A stretch of 37,677 bases of DNA from a virus (lineage: Duplodnaviria; Caudoviricetes), in the IMG/VR virus record IMGVR_UViG_3300024324_000038, positions 1 to 37,677 of that record; one strand, written 5' to 3'. The notes below the pieces were generated by a model. That model was not told where the DNA came from. It saw only the letters and a list, made by a program, of their open reading frames with translations, and did not search any database. Positions 21,901-28,509 of the stretch are shown one piece after another; position 1 is the first letter of the stretch, and every line of letters begins with the position of its first letter. The translations under genes and the position numbers were made by a program.

Positions 21901-22948
21901 CGAGGTTCAAATTCCTATCTATGATAGAAATACGACTGGGACTGTAAATGAGGGCACTAAGACTATTCACGTTAGAGCAGGTGATTATGACGACAAGATT
22001 CACTTTATAGGTGATATCGATTCAAGACCTGAAGAGCAAGATGCTCCTTTCTACTACTCACGTGGTTTTAAAGGTTCTATTGATGATGTTTCTGTTAAAT
22101 TGCTTGAAGAAAATTGGGCATTTATGTCTCAACCTGGTGGAGAAGCGTACATTAATAATACTGGAGAATTTGTTCACACTTCGGGTACTGGAGAAAACAA
22201 TCGAGGTATTGCTTATATTTCGTTCCCAGTTATTGAAGGGTCAAACTACAAAGTTTATATGAACGTTGACAGACCTACTACTTCAATTGTTAAAATCGGT
22301 CCTGCACCAGATGACTCTCAATATGCATCATTTAACATCAATGAAGGAGAATTACAAGGTCAACGTGATTTTGTATTTAGTGCTGCTTCAACTGGTGTTT
22401 GTTACTTGACGTTATCAACAGTATCTGCTGGATTTACTAATTGGGATAACGTTTCTGTTAAAACTATTCCTAATCTTTCTTCTGATGAGTATTTGTTACT
22501 TGCTCGTGGACTGAATGTATTTGGTATGCCGATTGGTGGTGAAGACCGTTGGAGACAACATAACATTGATACTGAGAATCAAGATTACACTGGACAAGTA
22601 TTATCAGGTTTCAGAACTCTTGAATCGTTTGGTGAAAATGTTGTTGAACAATATTATGATGTTGCAATTCGTCAAGAAGAGCTTCTTGATAACCTTAAAA
22701 TTGTTTGGTTATCTGATGCAGTTGGTTACGCAGACACTACTACAATTACTGTTGAAGGAACTGGATTCAAGTCTGGTATGATGTTGACTATTGGTGGTGT
22801 TGAACAAACGGTTACTGATGTTCATATTCCTACATTAATTACGTTTGTAGTTAATGGAACGACACCAACAGTTGCTTCTGATTTGGTTATTACTACTTTA
22901 ACTGGCGACCAATATACAATGGTAGACGCGTTCACGAGAATAGAGTAA
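15917..22948 (+). CDS. Giant multidomain virion/tail protein (CBM-like sandwiches, two cupredoxin domains, HxH modules, GxGY repeats, C-terminal IPT/TIG-like domain)
   Basis: 2343-aa ORF with SD AGGA. Motifs: HNAV...CTFHP, GHPF...CGWHGSMGG, NLxxNxxF/DNVSVK pairs, HGLxxGD repeats and TITVEGTGF. Confidence 0.8.
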   Translation: MSYQTYTLAELATIEQQKEDYIDSLNIKLSDPGLQVKDLALMLKSLEIMDNMEHMSSFKTFIVNIAARSAQFVSPTELIDNGGLATKYLSDNLVQNAGFESDAMEIELCKQSTFDSGIDLSSPWNNGIAYKFDTLVAEGTAIISSYSDGENDAVAWFDVNLKPNTQYKFSYDLIVNNVNWDLPWGGRNMVDIPSIDEAIFSETGGGPDSQQYVVSVIEDANMVRPTCDGVIAQWVDGGIDQMEADCLAASGTWVLGNVNDPNTHQHTIVPYHLEAREGDIIHFTNPSNNVLVHNAVSDDNVSFTSPDLNPGESWSWVVDGYHDLYFHCTFHPLEEGRMTTKTNHRYVYNVDHGLNPGDTIKIPVNYGTMEPIPNLSNSYDINIPMSNVCSSVGGAGDQTVVDSLYHDLSLNQLVTFQSGEIELDPDAAAPVSVEFSTDNEIQPAVASVNITAGSVYNITLINGGLYSEVPSLSIVGGGGYGATADIEFEGNITSITLDNDEVTGLPGGEGYITVPEVQISGGFPTTPATAVATIAGGKVTGITITNPGSGYKSSPTVILVGSGNQDAGGLPLDPTMSAVATATMEGTITSLTLTNGGLAYGSTGGVGAGERQWETYVVSAVTKGSERIDVFLDDVNAMGHVHTLTITTSQYDTIKTGTPTLIDTTADDSGHTHTCTFDWNPILNNGDGGLVLVGMTGTHTHNLDEYFEISGGTKIELVNFGHYHEVLITEADEATLKAGIITVTGENPDGTNAHDGSGVTITRTSDFGTSDPQHFHTVEFGCIDAANDLYVITAIDQHIHDFGRVWYPGSNLFGISQYDSSIDGGDDLNPTSISNPFTELSGFVKKRRGINSADHGLIPGQRIHYTNVYNGIHHGNTNYWVKNVIDKDNFVLTESTVYPLANAPGTTPTTFNVIEQYTVVSDLASYRFQVERDITNHIGSAYVEGVQLEWSRPNTVHSNQHGLTVGDVVQLPSGAQDYTPSEQPGAMNDHIVVALGDGYGPTENMEIVVDTQTTITLADPNASVVEGAQDTPWYWSWWDRTDVSYAPYQRDEAAYESFGGNDGTNGGFQLFRGGTYTFINNAWSTLAHTPPDAPIQMYMHAAGIKAIPGAGWDNLVQAGMLETGGNNCISMRANHGLTVVTGDHNEFVNTDEEPGQWIGNEPFPECASLGGWCEELDVDGWYYNGVDDRLACEALNPTEEIGLAQWRYSLFRGNFSKEFTWTIPEDFGLTGSDGQSGLGPFIAPGALNGSYNVEAYNGLYKFDKSGMIEGTNRTLNLYRGGTYRFYVNAVGHPFYFTTDDGSHFTPGTYFGEYTLGVTGTREEVGAGVQTEGDPTFLWDNDDSGVPKYAVVEITIAESAPDTLFYQCGWHGSMGGVINVIDVPVTEVGEDIIVYYHHGQDNMYTPLHIKDKIVVDNGTSTDYFQVQPEPENAFPVKGTQAQITGSGNLLTAAGLGVTPTVQVRNIELGTEQWVDEVVMNKGVGSESFVVSNNFTGNAKFYISTKAGERTNFTLSNVSFTESPWSESGSFQVEAGTAFTTDALVGGTLEQIVTGSVVAGEEYEISYEVLESFVDAGGFATGTIQVKLIGDTTAEGAINTVSGIYSETLVAPVNTTKMIIVATGVGKLDNISLRERVTGQNAWFFGEGWDTINGEAMADGTVQSLSEISQTVPFESGKLYEIKYSLDNLDPEGDGSQGRLQLALGSNPYNLIKNWNFDAVNAGAINWTSTGSSITLDNGKMNFIDSVDEVLTYTFAENLNNGAQYEVIMNVESVSGTIHNFRVYGGASHDHTFELTQSEYDFLKFNEGATLTTIQTDTNHANLYEHTFTVVYDSSLENVLFTISGGDSDHTHTYTCSFDTYNSIISGNIDKLDMSNLTQTDTTHEHGIIIKHSDLGFVLTSDNNIDHVHTTVYNDSSDSGMRIQTYTFWENHDDVEETNLVTVTSDIEISLGTGANAVTTDSINTVGSHIIPITGTIGNTASIKVNGTGIINSIKLHEVQIPIYDRNTTGTVNEGTKTIHVRAGDYDDKIHFIGDIDSRPEEQDAPFYYSRGFKGSIDDVSVKLLEENWAFMSQPGGEAYINNTGEFVHTSGTGENNRGIAYISFPVIEGSNYKVYMNVDRPTTSIVKIGPAPDDSQYASFNINEGELQGQRDFVFSAASTGVCYLTLSTVSAGFTNWDNVSVKTIPNLSSDEYLLLARGLNVFGMPIGGEDRWRQHNIDTENQDYTGQVLSGFRTLESFGENVVEQYYDVAIRQEELLDNLKIVWLSDAVGYADTTTITVEGTGFKSGMMLTIGGVEQTVTDVHIPTLITFVVNGTTPTVASDLVITTLTGDQYTMVDAFTRIE

Positions 22949-22956
22949 GAAATATT

Positions 22957-22978
22957 TAAGAGAAGTAAAATTCTCTTA
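22957..22978 (+). other. 8-bp hairpin after the 2343-aa gene
   Basis: TAAGAGAA-GTAAAA-TTCTCTTA; weak, AT-rich, no long U tract. Confidence 0.4.
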
Positions 22979-22979
22979 T

Positions 22980-23017
22980 TATAAATAAAAGGTAAGTATT
23001 GTTTATAAATATAAATA
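22980..23017 (+). promoter_or_regulatory. Three T4-type late promoter boxes upstream of the 1159-aa gene
   Basis: TATAAATA at 22980-22987, 23004-23011 and 23010-23017; SD AGGAG before ATG 23060. Confidence 0.8.
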
Positions 23018-23059
23018 ATACTATAATAAATTGATTTTTAAGATTTTAGGAGACACTAA

Positions 23060-26000
23060 ATGTCTATTACATTAGATACAATCACCCATGCGGTCAATCC
23101 GTTTAATGATATTCCAAATATCACTTTCGATCCTATTGACATTGGCGAATATGCTAATGAGGTAGAAATTTATACAAATACTCCTGCAGTAATGATACCA
23201 ACCAAATTGAATGCTATGGCATCTTCAATGAAAACTTGGTTGAATTCAAACATTGCAACTCCATTAGAAGCACAACAAAATACGTTTAAAGACGAAGTTG
23301 TTGTTCGTACTAATGAAGCAATGAATGCTGTTGAAACTTATATCAACAACGAAGTTAAAGAATTCGTTAATGATATCTTCATTCCTTGGGCTAATAACTC
23401 TGGCGTGATTCTTTCTGATAATGCAAACTTACTTGAAACTAATATTTCAGTCACATTATCACAATTGATGACCGATTACACGGTTCACGTTCAAGCACAA
23501 GATGCTATTATTACTCAAGCGCTTGCCGATTTACAAGCAAATCTTGCAAATTATACGACTGGTGCTACTGATTCCGGTTATTCTGTACATCAAACAAATC
23601 AACTAGTTGCTGAATTGTTAATGACGAAGAATATTTCGTTTGAAGTCGGTTACAAATATAACGATGCCGATTTAGTTACATACTTTAAAGAAGGTGATTT
23701 TACTACTCATCACATTTTATATAATAAAGATAATCAAGTAGTATCTTATGGAGAAGAACTAGAAATTTCAGGAGAGGTTCGTCCTTTCGTAAATCATCAA
23801 ATTCTTACTTATGATGCAGCAGGACTTAAAACTGGAATTGAACAAATTAAGGCATATCACTTTTTCGTTAATACAGACTCGAGTGAACAAAAATCATTTA
23901 GAGTAACTGGTCACGAGGTTAATGGTGACGCTGCAACAGATTTAACTATCTTAAATAACACATCTATTCCTGATATTGACAACCCTGTTATAACATTAAC
24001 AAGAGGAACACAATATGCTATGATATTTGATGGTTTATTGGATGGAGATTTTATAACAATTCAGGATATAGATAACAATTTATATTCGGAAGGGGTTCTC
24101 GGGCAATATTCAGAAAATGAAGGAACTGTTTTATTCAAGCCATACTCATCGTATTGTCATGATGGTATTTCAACAAATATTGGACATGGTGTACCTTCTT
24201 CTAATGGTGCGTCGTATGTAGACGGATCCGGATCAAACCCATTCGACACTCCAGTGAAGTGTGAACAGTATTTTAATTCTACAGTTTCTATTCTTGACGA
24301 CTTTACTCGTTCATATGAACACAGTTTACCTGGAGAATCTTACGATTCTGCATTATCTGACGGTATGATTTATAATGTATTTATTTCCGACGATTCTGGT
24401 TTCATTGACACATACGCATACACAATTGACCATAATAGTAAGTTGGGTACTGGTGCTGTATGTTCTGCTGTTTATGATAACGGTTGTTCTGATATTACAA
24501 TCACGGACGGTGGTAAAGGGTATTCTGATAAAGCATTTACTCGCATTGTAGATACTTCAACAGGTGCTGGTGCGGAGTGTACGATTGTTGTTGGTGACGG
24601 AACTATTTCTAACATTGAGATGACAGAGCAGGGTGCAGGTTATGTTGGTTATTGGTCGGTGGAATTGCCTGATATTGGTGGTGCTTCTGCGCATACTCAT
24701 ACTGTTGAATTAACTCAATCTGAAGTAGATACAATCAAAGGTGACGAATCGACTGATGGAGTTTCAATTGTTAAAACAACAGTTGATTCGGGACACACTC
24801 ATGACGTTACTGTTATTTGGAACAATTTCATTCAAATGTTTATGTTTGAACAATTAGCAGATACCACATATGCTACTGGTGCTCACGACCACGGGCCAGT
24901 TTCTTCAGGAATTGCAGTGAATCCTAGCATTCCTGTGATAATCACAGGAGATGGATCTGGTGCGGTTGCACATGTGGTATTATCTTCAGACCCTGAATTA
25001 GAAGGTGCTAATGTGGATAAAATTGTTGTTACAGATGGTGGTATTGGATATAGTTCTGCGTCGGTTTCAATTTCGGGAGGAGGTGCAACAACTGTTGCGA
25101 CTGCTGAATCGGTCATTGTTGGTGGAGTAATTGCTTCAATTAATGTTTCTACAGCAGGTGCAGGATATACTACAACAACTCCAAGTACAATACAAGTACA
25201 ACTTCAAAATAATCAATTTGTACCTTCGCAGATTTCTGCTAAAGTTGGTGATACTATTGAGTTTACTAATACAGATTTACAAGGACACGATGTTGAGCAT
25301 GAAGGTGGAGCATTTAAATCTCCAAACATCCCTCAATCTGGAGTTTGGTCTTACGTTATTACAAAAGACACACAAATTACAGACACATATTCATTACTTG
25401 GTAATGGTATGGCAACAACAGCAACATTATCTGTAAGAAATTCAGAAGTATTGGTTGATGTTATTTCAAATACTGGTGGTGGTTGTAGAGCTAAAGGAAC
25501 TATCGACGCCGGAGGCACGTTGATTAACGTTGCTATCGAAGATAGAGGTGAAGGTTATACCAATACAGATAGTGTACGTATCCTAGACGTTTCTGGTGCA
25601 GGAGAAGGTGCATACGGTACTCCTAATATTAAACGTAACTTAGGTGTTGTGTCTGTCGTGAATGGTGGTGTGGGATATTCGCCTACAGATAAGATAATTG
25701 TAGTAGATCCAACAGCAAATAATGGTGCATTTGGTTCTGGTGCTACTGCGTCTATTACTGGCCTTGCTGCATTGACTGGAGAGATTACTGAAATAACAGT
25801 TATTACATCAGGAACAGGATATACAGATATTGAGTTTGTGATTGTTTCTGAAACTGGTTCTGGTGCTATATTAGAAGCCGATATGAATACATATGTTGAA
25901 TCGATCACAATGTCAGGACGAGGAACTGGATACACTAACCCAACTGCTATTATGGTCGAACCGATCGGTTCATGGGGTAACACTAAAACGTTCGGAGGTA

Positions 26001-26539
26001 GATTCGAATCTACGGCAAGTCTTAACGATGGTATTGGAGCAATTACTATTATTGACGATTGGTCTGACTATGTTGACGGAGATCAGCGTGTTACTATTGT
26101 TGACATTGATCCAAACCCAACTGGGTTTGGTGCTACTGCTACTGCTACATTAAATGCTCAGGGTGCAGTATCTTCAATCTCTATTACAGATTCTGGTTCT
26201 GCATATAAGCAACCACGAGTAACTATTGATGGACCTGTGTTATATACAGGTTCTGCGATTAATAATGTAAATACAGATTTGTCTTTATATGGACCAAATG
26301 GTAATTCAGACGACTCTCCGTTCAGTGCATTGTCTACATCAGGAACCAACTTTAAAAACGGCATTATGATTCAATTTGCCAACCCTAACGGACATACATT
26401 AAATGACTCTTGGGAGTTTAAACTCCAATCTTGGAAGAAAGGTACACCAGAATCGTTACAATATAAGACATATCAACACAATAATGCAGAATTCAATACG
26501 GCAGGTGTGATTACTCTTATAGACGCATGGGAAATATAA
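23060..26539 (+). CDS. Large virion/tail-fibre-like protein (helical N-terminus, about 10 IxxIxIxxxGxGY repeats, HxH module, degenerate cupredoxin)
   Basis: 1159-aa ORF under late boxes; repeats such as VDKIVVTDGGIGY and ITEITVITSGTGY are typical of marine myophage tail proteins. Confidence 0.75.
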   Translation: MSITLDTITHAVNPFNDIPNITFDPIDIGEYANEVEIYTNTPAVMIPTKLNAMASSMKTWLNSNIATPLEAQQNTFKDEVVVRTNEAMNAVETYINNEVKEFVNDIFIPWANNSGVILSDNANLLETNISVTLSQLMTDYTVHVQAQDAIITQALADLQANLANYTTGATDSGYSVHQTNQLVAELLMTKNISFEVGYKYNDADLVTYFKEGDFTTHHILYNKDNQVVSYGEELEISGEVRPFVNHQILTYDAAGLKTGIEQIKAYHFFVNTDSSEQKSFRVTGHEVNGDAATDLTILNNTSIPDIDNPVITLTRGTQYAMIFDGLLDGDFITIQDIDNNLYSEGVLGQYSENEGTVLFKPYSSYCHDGISTNIGHGVPSSNGASYVDGSGSNPFDTPVKCEQYFNSTVSILDDFTRSYEHSLPGESYDSALSDGMIYNVFISDDSGFIDTYAYTIDHNSKLGTGAVCSAVYDNGCSDITITDGGKGYSDKAFTRIVDTSTGAGAECTIVVGDGTISNIEMTEQGAGYVGYWSVELPDIGGASAHTHTVELTQSEVDTIKGDESTDGVSIVKTTVDSGHTHDVTVIWNNFIQMFMFEQLADTTYATGAHDHGPVSSGIAVNPSIPVIITGDGSGAVAHVVLSSDPELEGANVDKIVVTDGGIGYSSASVSISGGGATTVATAESVIVGGVIASINVSTAGAGYTTTTPSTIQVQLQNNQFVPSQISAKVGDTIEFTNTDLQGHDVEHEGGAFKSPNIPQSGVWSYVITKDTQITDTYSLLGNGMATTATLSVRNSEVLVDVISNTGGGCRAKGTIDAGGTLINVAIEDRGEGYTNTDSVRILDVSGAGEGAYGTPNIKRNLGVVSVVNGGVGYSPTDKIIVVDPTANNGAFGSGATASITGLAALTGEITEITVITSGTGYTDIEFVIVSETGSGAILEADMNTYVESITMSGRGTGYTNPTAIMVEPIGSWGNTKTFGGRFESTASLNDGIGAITIIDDWSDYVDGDQRVTIVDIDPNPTGFGATATATLNAQGAVSSISITDSGSAYKQPRVTIDGPVLYTGSAINNVNTDLSLYGPNGNSDDSPFSALSTSGTNFKNGIMIQFANPNGHTLNDSWEFKLQSWKKGTPESLQYKTYQHNNAEFNTAGVITLIDAWEI
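24485..26230 (+). repeat. About 10 protein-level GxGY/GAxA beta repeats
   Basis: SDITITDGGKGY, SNIEMTEQGAGY, DKIVVTDGGIGY, ASINVSTAGAGY, INVAIEDRGEGY, GVVSVVNGGVGY, TEITVITSGTGY, ESITMSGRGTGY and two degenerate copies; 4 more copies at about 17279-17720. Confidence 0.75.
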
Positions 26540-26589
26540 GGTCAATATATTATGAAAATTATAACTAACATATTATTAAGGAAATAACA

Positions 26590-27648
26590 ATGGATATTTT
26601 AACACTTGGAAAAATTAGTCAAGTTAAGAGGGACACCGATAAGAAGATTGCCGATCTGGATGAAGTCGTATCAAGTGCTCTTGTTGCAACTACAGAAAAT
26701 GTGGATCAGAACATTGCTCTTGCGGTTTGCAATCTTAACACAGCTTTATCAGCCACAGAAACAACTTTGACTGAAAATATGAACACACTTGATACTAATT
26801 TGTCGACCGATATGACAAATTTATCATCAAGCACGGCGTCGTCATTGACTGGATTAACTGCTACTATTTCGGATTGTATGACATGTGTTAATTGCGACGT
26901 GTGTACTGCGATAGATGCAAATACAGGATCTAATTATGGAGTTGAGTGGCTAACACAATTTAACTATTGTGGTGGTGACCTTAATCGTAGAACTTGTGGT
27001 GTGTCATGTAACTGGACAGTTCCTGCTGGTGTGACTAAAGCTGTATTTGAACTTTGGGGTGCAGGTGGTCAGGGATCAGGTTCGTGTTCTACTAGTTGTT
27101 GTATGACTTATGTTGGAGCTCAGGGTGGGTATTATAACAACTCAGGAACAGTAAACGTTTCTCCTGGTTGGACATACCAAATTTGTGCAGGTGGAAGCAG
27201 ATGTTGTCAACAATGTTGTCGTTGTGGTTGTCACGGTTGTCGTTCATGTGTGGCTGGTTGTAATATCTCTATGTGTGCAATGGGTGGTCATGGTGGTTGT
27301 ACTTGTGGTTCGTGGAGAGACTACTGCGACTCAAGACCTCAGTGTATTATATGCGCTAAGTCTGGTGGTGGTTGTTTTACTACTTACTCACATCAAGGTG
27401 TTATGGAGAGAGGAGATTCATGTTGTCATTGTACTAGTGTTAAAAACAATCCAACCGCTGCGCCTATGATGGGTGGTGGTGTTGGCCAAGCATTAAATAC
27501 TTGCTGGAGAAGACATGGTTGTGCGTGTATTTGTGGGTTTGTTCCTACGGCACACGGTGGTATGAGTGGTATGACTACATATTGCGGAAACTGTACACAA
27601 TATGGTGCCCCAGGCGGACCAGGTGTTGTTAAAATCACTTACTCGTAA
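26590..27648 (+). CDS. Cys/Gly-rich tail fibre or adhesin-like protein
   Basis: Coiled-coil N-terminus, then a glycine-rich domain framed by WTVPAGVTKAVFELWGAGG and GGPGVVKITYS; I count 37 Cys in 352 aa; followed by a tail assembly chaperone gene. Confidence 0.7.
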   Translation: MDILTLGKISQVKRDTDKKIADLDEVVSSALVATTENVDQNIALAVCNLNTALSATETTLTENMNTLDTNLSTDMTNLSSSTASSLTGLTATISDCMTCVNCDVCTAIDANTGSNYGVEWLTQFNYCGGDLNRRTCGVSCNWTVPAGVTKAVFELWGAGGQGSGSCSTSCCMTYVGAQGGYYNNSGTVNVSPGWTYQICAGGSRCCQQCCRCGCHGCRSCVAGCNISMCAMGGHGGCTCGSWRDYCDSRPQCIICAKSGGGCFTTYSHQGVMERGDSCCHCTSVKNNPTAAPMMGGGVGQALNTCWRRHGCACICGFVPTAHGGMSGMTTYCGNCTQYGAPGGPGVVKITYS

Positions 27649-27663
27649 TTAGGAGAAATAAAA

Positions 27664-28377
27664 ATGTCAATTATTAATATACAATTCGATTTAAAAATAC
27701 CTACGGGGTGGTTAGTTGATCCAGAGGCTTCTGTAGAGAATTTTACAGAAACTTTGAGTGTAACTTACCGAGGCGACGACACGTGTTATGTTGCAGTAGA
27801 CGAAAACGGAGACGCTCCATATGGTTTTGGAGCAGTTTCTGAAAAAGAAATGAATGATGGTCCTCCTGAACAAGGTGAGGGGTACGAATGGTTAGAAATC
27901 AACTGCGAAGAGAACCCTATTTTTTGTTCGTTGCATGCAGATTTAGACCCAGCATTAAACATAGAAGAAGGTGGAAACCCAGAACCTGTGATGTTGGATA
28001 TCGATGTTACTGTTGGTTATGAAGGATATCCTTCATTATCGTATAATAGTTTATTCGAAGCAAGTGATTTTTATAGAACTTCTCAAATAAACATTATATC
28101 CAATGAACCATTTTTAGTTCCATATACATCTATTACTAATTTATTTGGTTCAGATTGTACAGGAGTAACGTGGGACATAATCCGAGAAGAGCGCGATGAA
28201 AGGTTGTTAGAATCTGATAAATACCTTGCGGACGATATGCCCCAAGAACTGAAAGACGAGGTTATTTTATATAGAAAAAGGTTACGTGAAATGCCGACTA
28301 TTTTAGCAGACGTTCCTGAACATCTTGCGTATGACATGATGCCAGATAAACCAAGTTTTATGGTACTTGCTAGATAA
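27664..28377 (+). CDS. Phage tail fibre assembly chaperone-like protein
   Basis: C-terminal WDIIREERDERLLESD...YRKRLREMP matches the R-x-x-R-D-x-x-L-x-x-S-D...Y-R-x-x-L-R-D/E-x-P chaperone motif; SD AGGAG. Confidence 0.75.
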   Translation: MSIINIQFDLKIPTGWLVDPEASVENFTETLSVTYRGDDTCYVAVDENGDAPYGFGAVSEKEMNDGPPEQGEGYEWLEINCEENPIFCSLHADLDPALNIEEGGNPEPVMLDIDVTVGYEGYPSLSYNSLFEASDFYRTSQINIISNEPFLVPYTSITNLFGSDCTGVTWDIIREERDERLLESDKYLADDMPQELKDEVILYRKRLREMPTILADVPEHLAYDMMPDKPSFMVLAR

Positions 28378-28388
28378 ACCTTAATTAT

Positions 28389-28415
28389 AAAACCCCCTTA
28401 ATTGGGGGTTTTTTT
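28389..28415 (+). terminator. Rho-independent terminator ending the tail/baseplate transcript
   Basis: AAAACCCCC-TTAATT-GGGGG followed by T7. Confidence 0.9.
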
Positions 28416-28418
28416 CGT

Positions 28419-28426
28419 TATAAATA
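28419..28426 (+). promoter_or_regulatory. T4-type late promoter box upstream of the glycosyltransferase
   Basis: Exact TATAAATA just after the terminator. Confidence 0.65.
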
Positions 28427-28440
28427 ATTTTAGAAAAAGG

Positions 28441-28469
28441 TTGACTTTTACATAAAAGTAGGGTATAAT
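28441..28469 (+). promoter_or_regulatory. Sigma70-type (early) promoter
   Basis: TTGACT (28441-28446), 17-bp spacer, TATAAT (28464-28469); SD GAGGTG before ATG 28510. Confidence 0.85.
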
Positions 28470-28509
28470 AACTCTATTATGATTATATTATTTACAGGTG
28501 AGGTGAAAT

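Noticed and set aside
26552-26587. 11-codon ORF (MKIITNILLRK) before the Cys-rich gene
   Set aside because: Too short and expected by chance in AT-rich intergenic DNA.
26875-26904. CxxCxxCxxC as a classical ferredoxin
   Set aside because: Lacks the CxxCxxCxxxCP spacing and ferredoxin context; it sits at the end of a coiled coil.
27185-27469. Val-rich alternative-frame ORF
   Set aside because: Shadow of the TGT/GGT codons of the Cys/Gly-rich gene.
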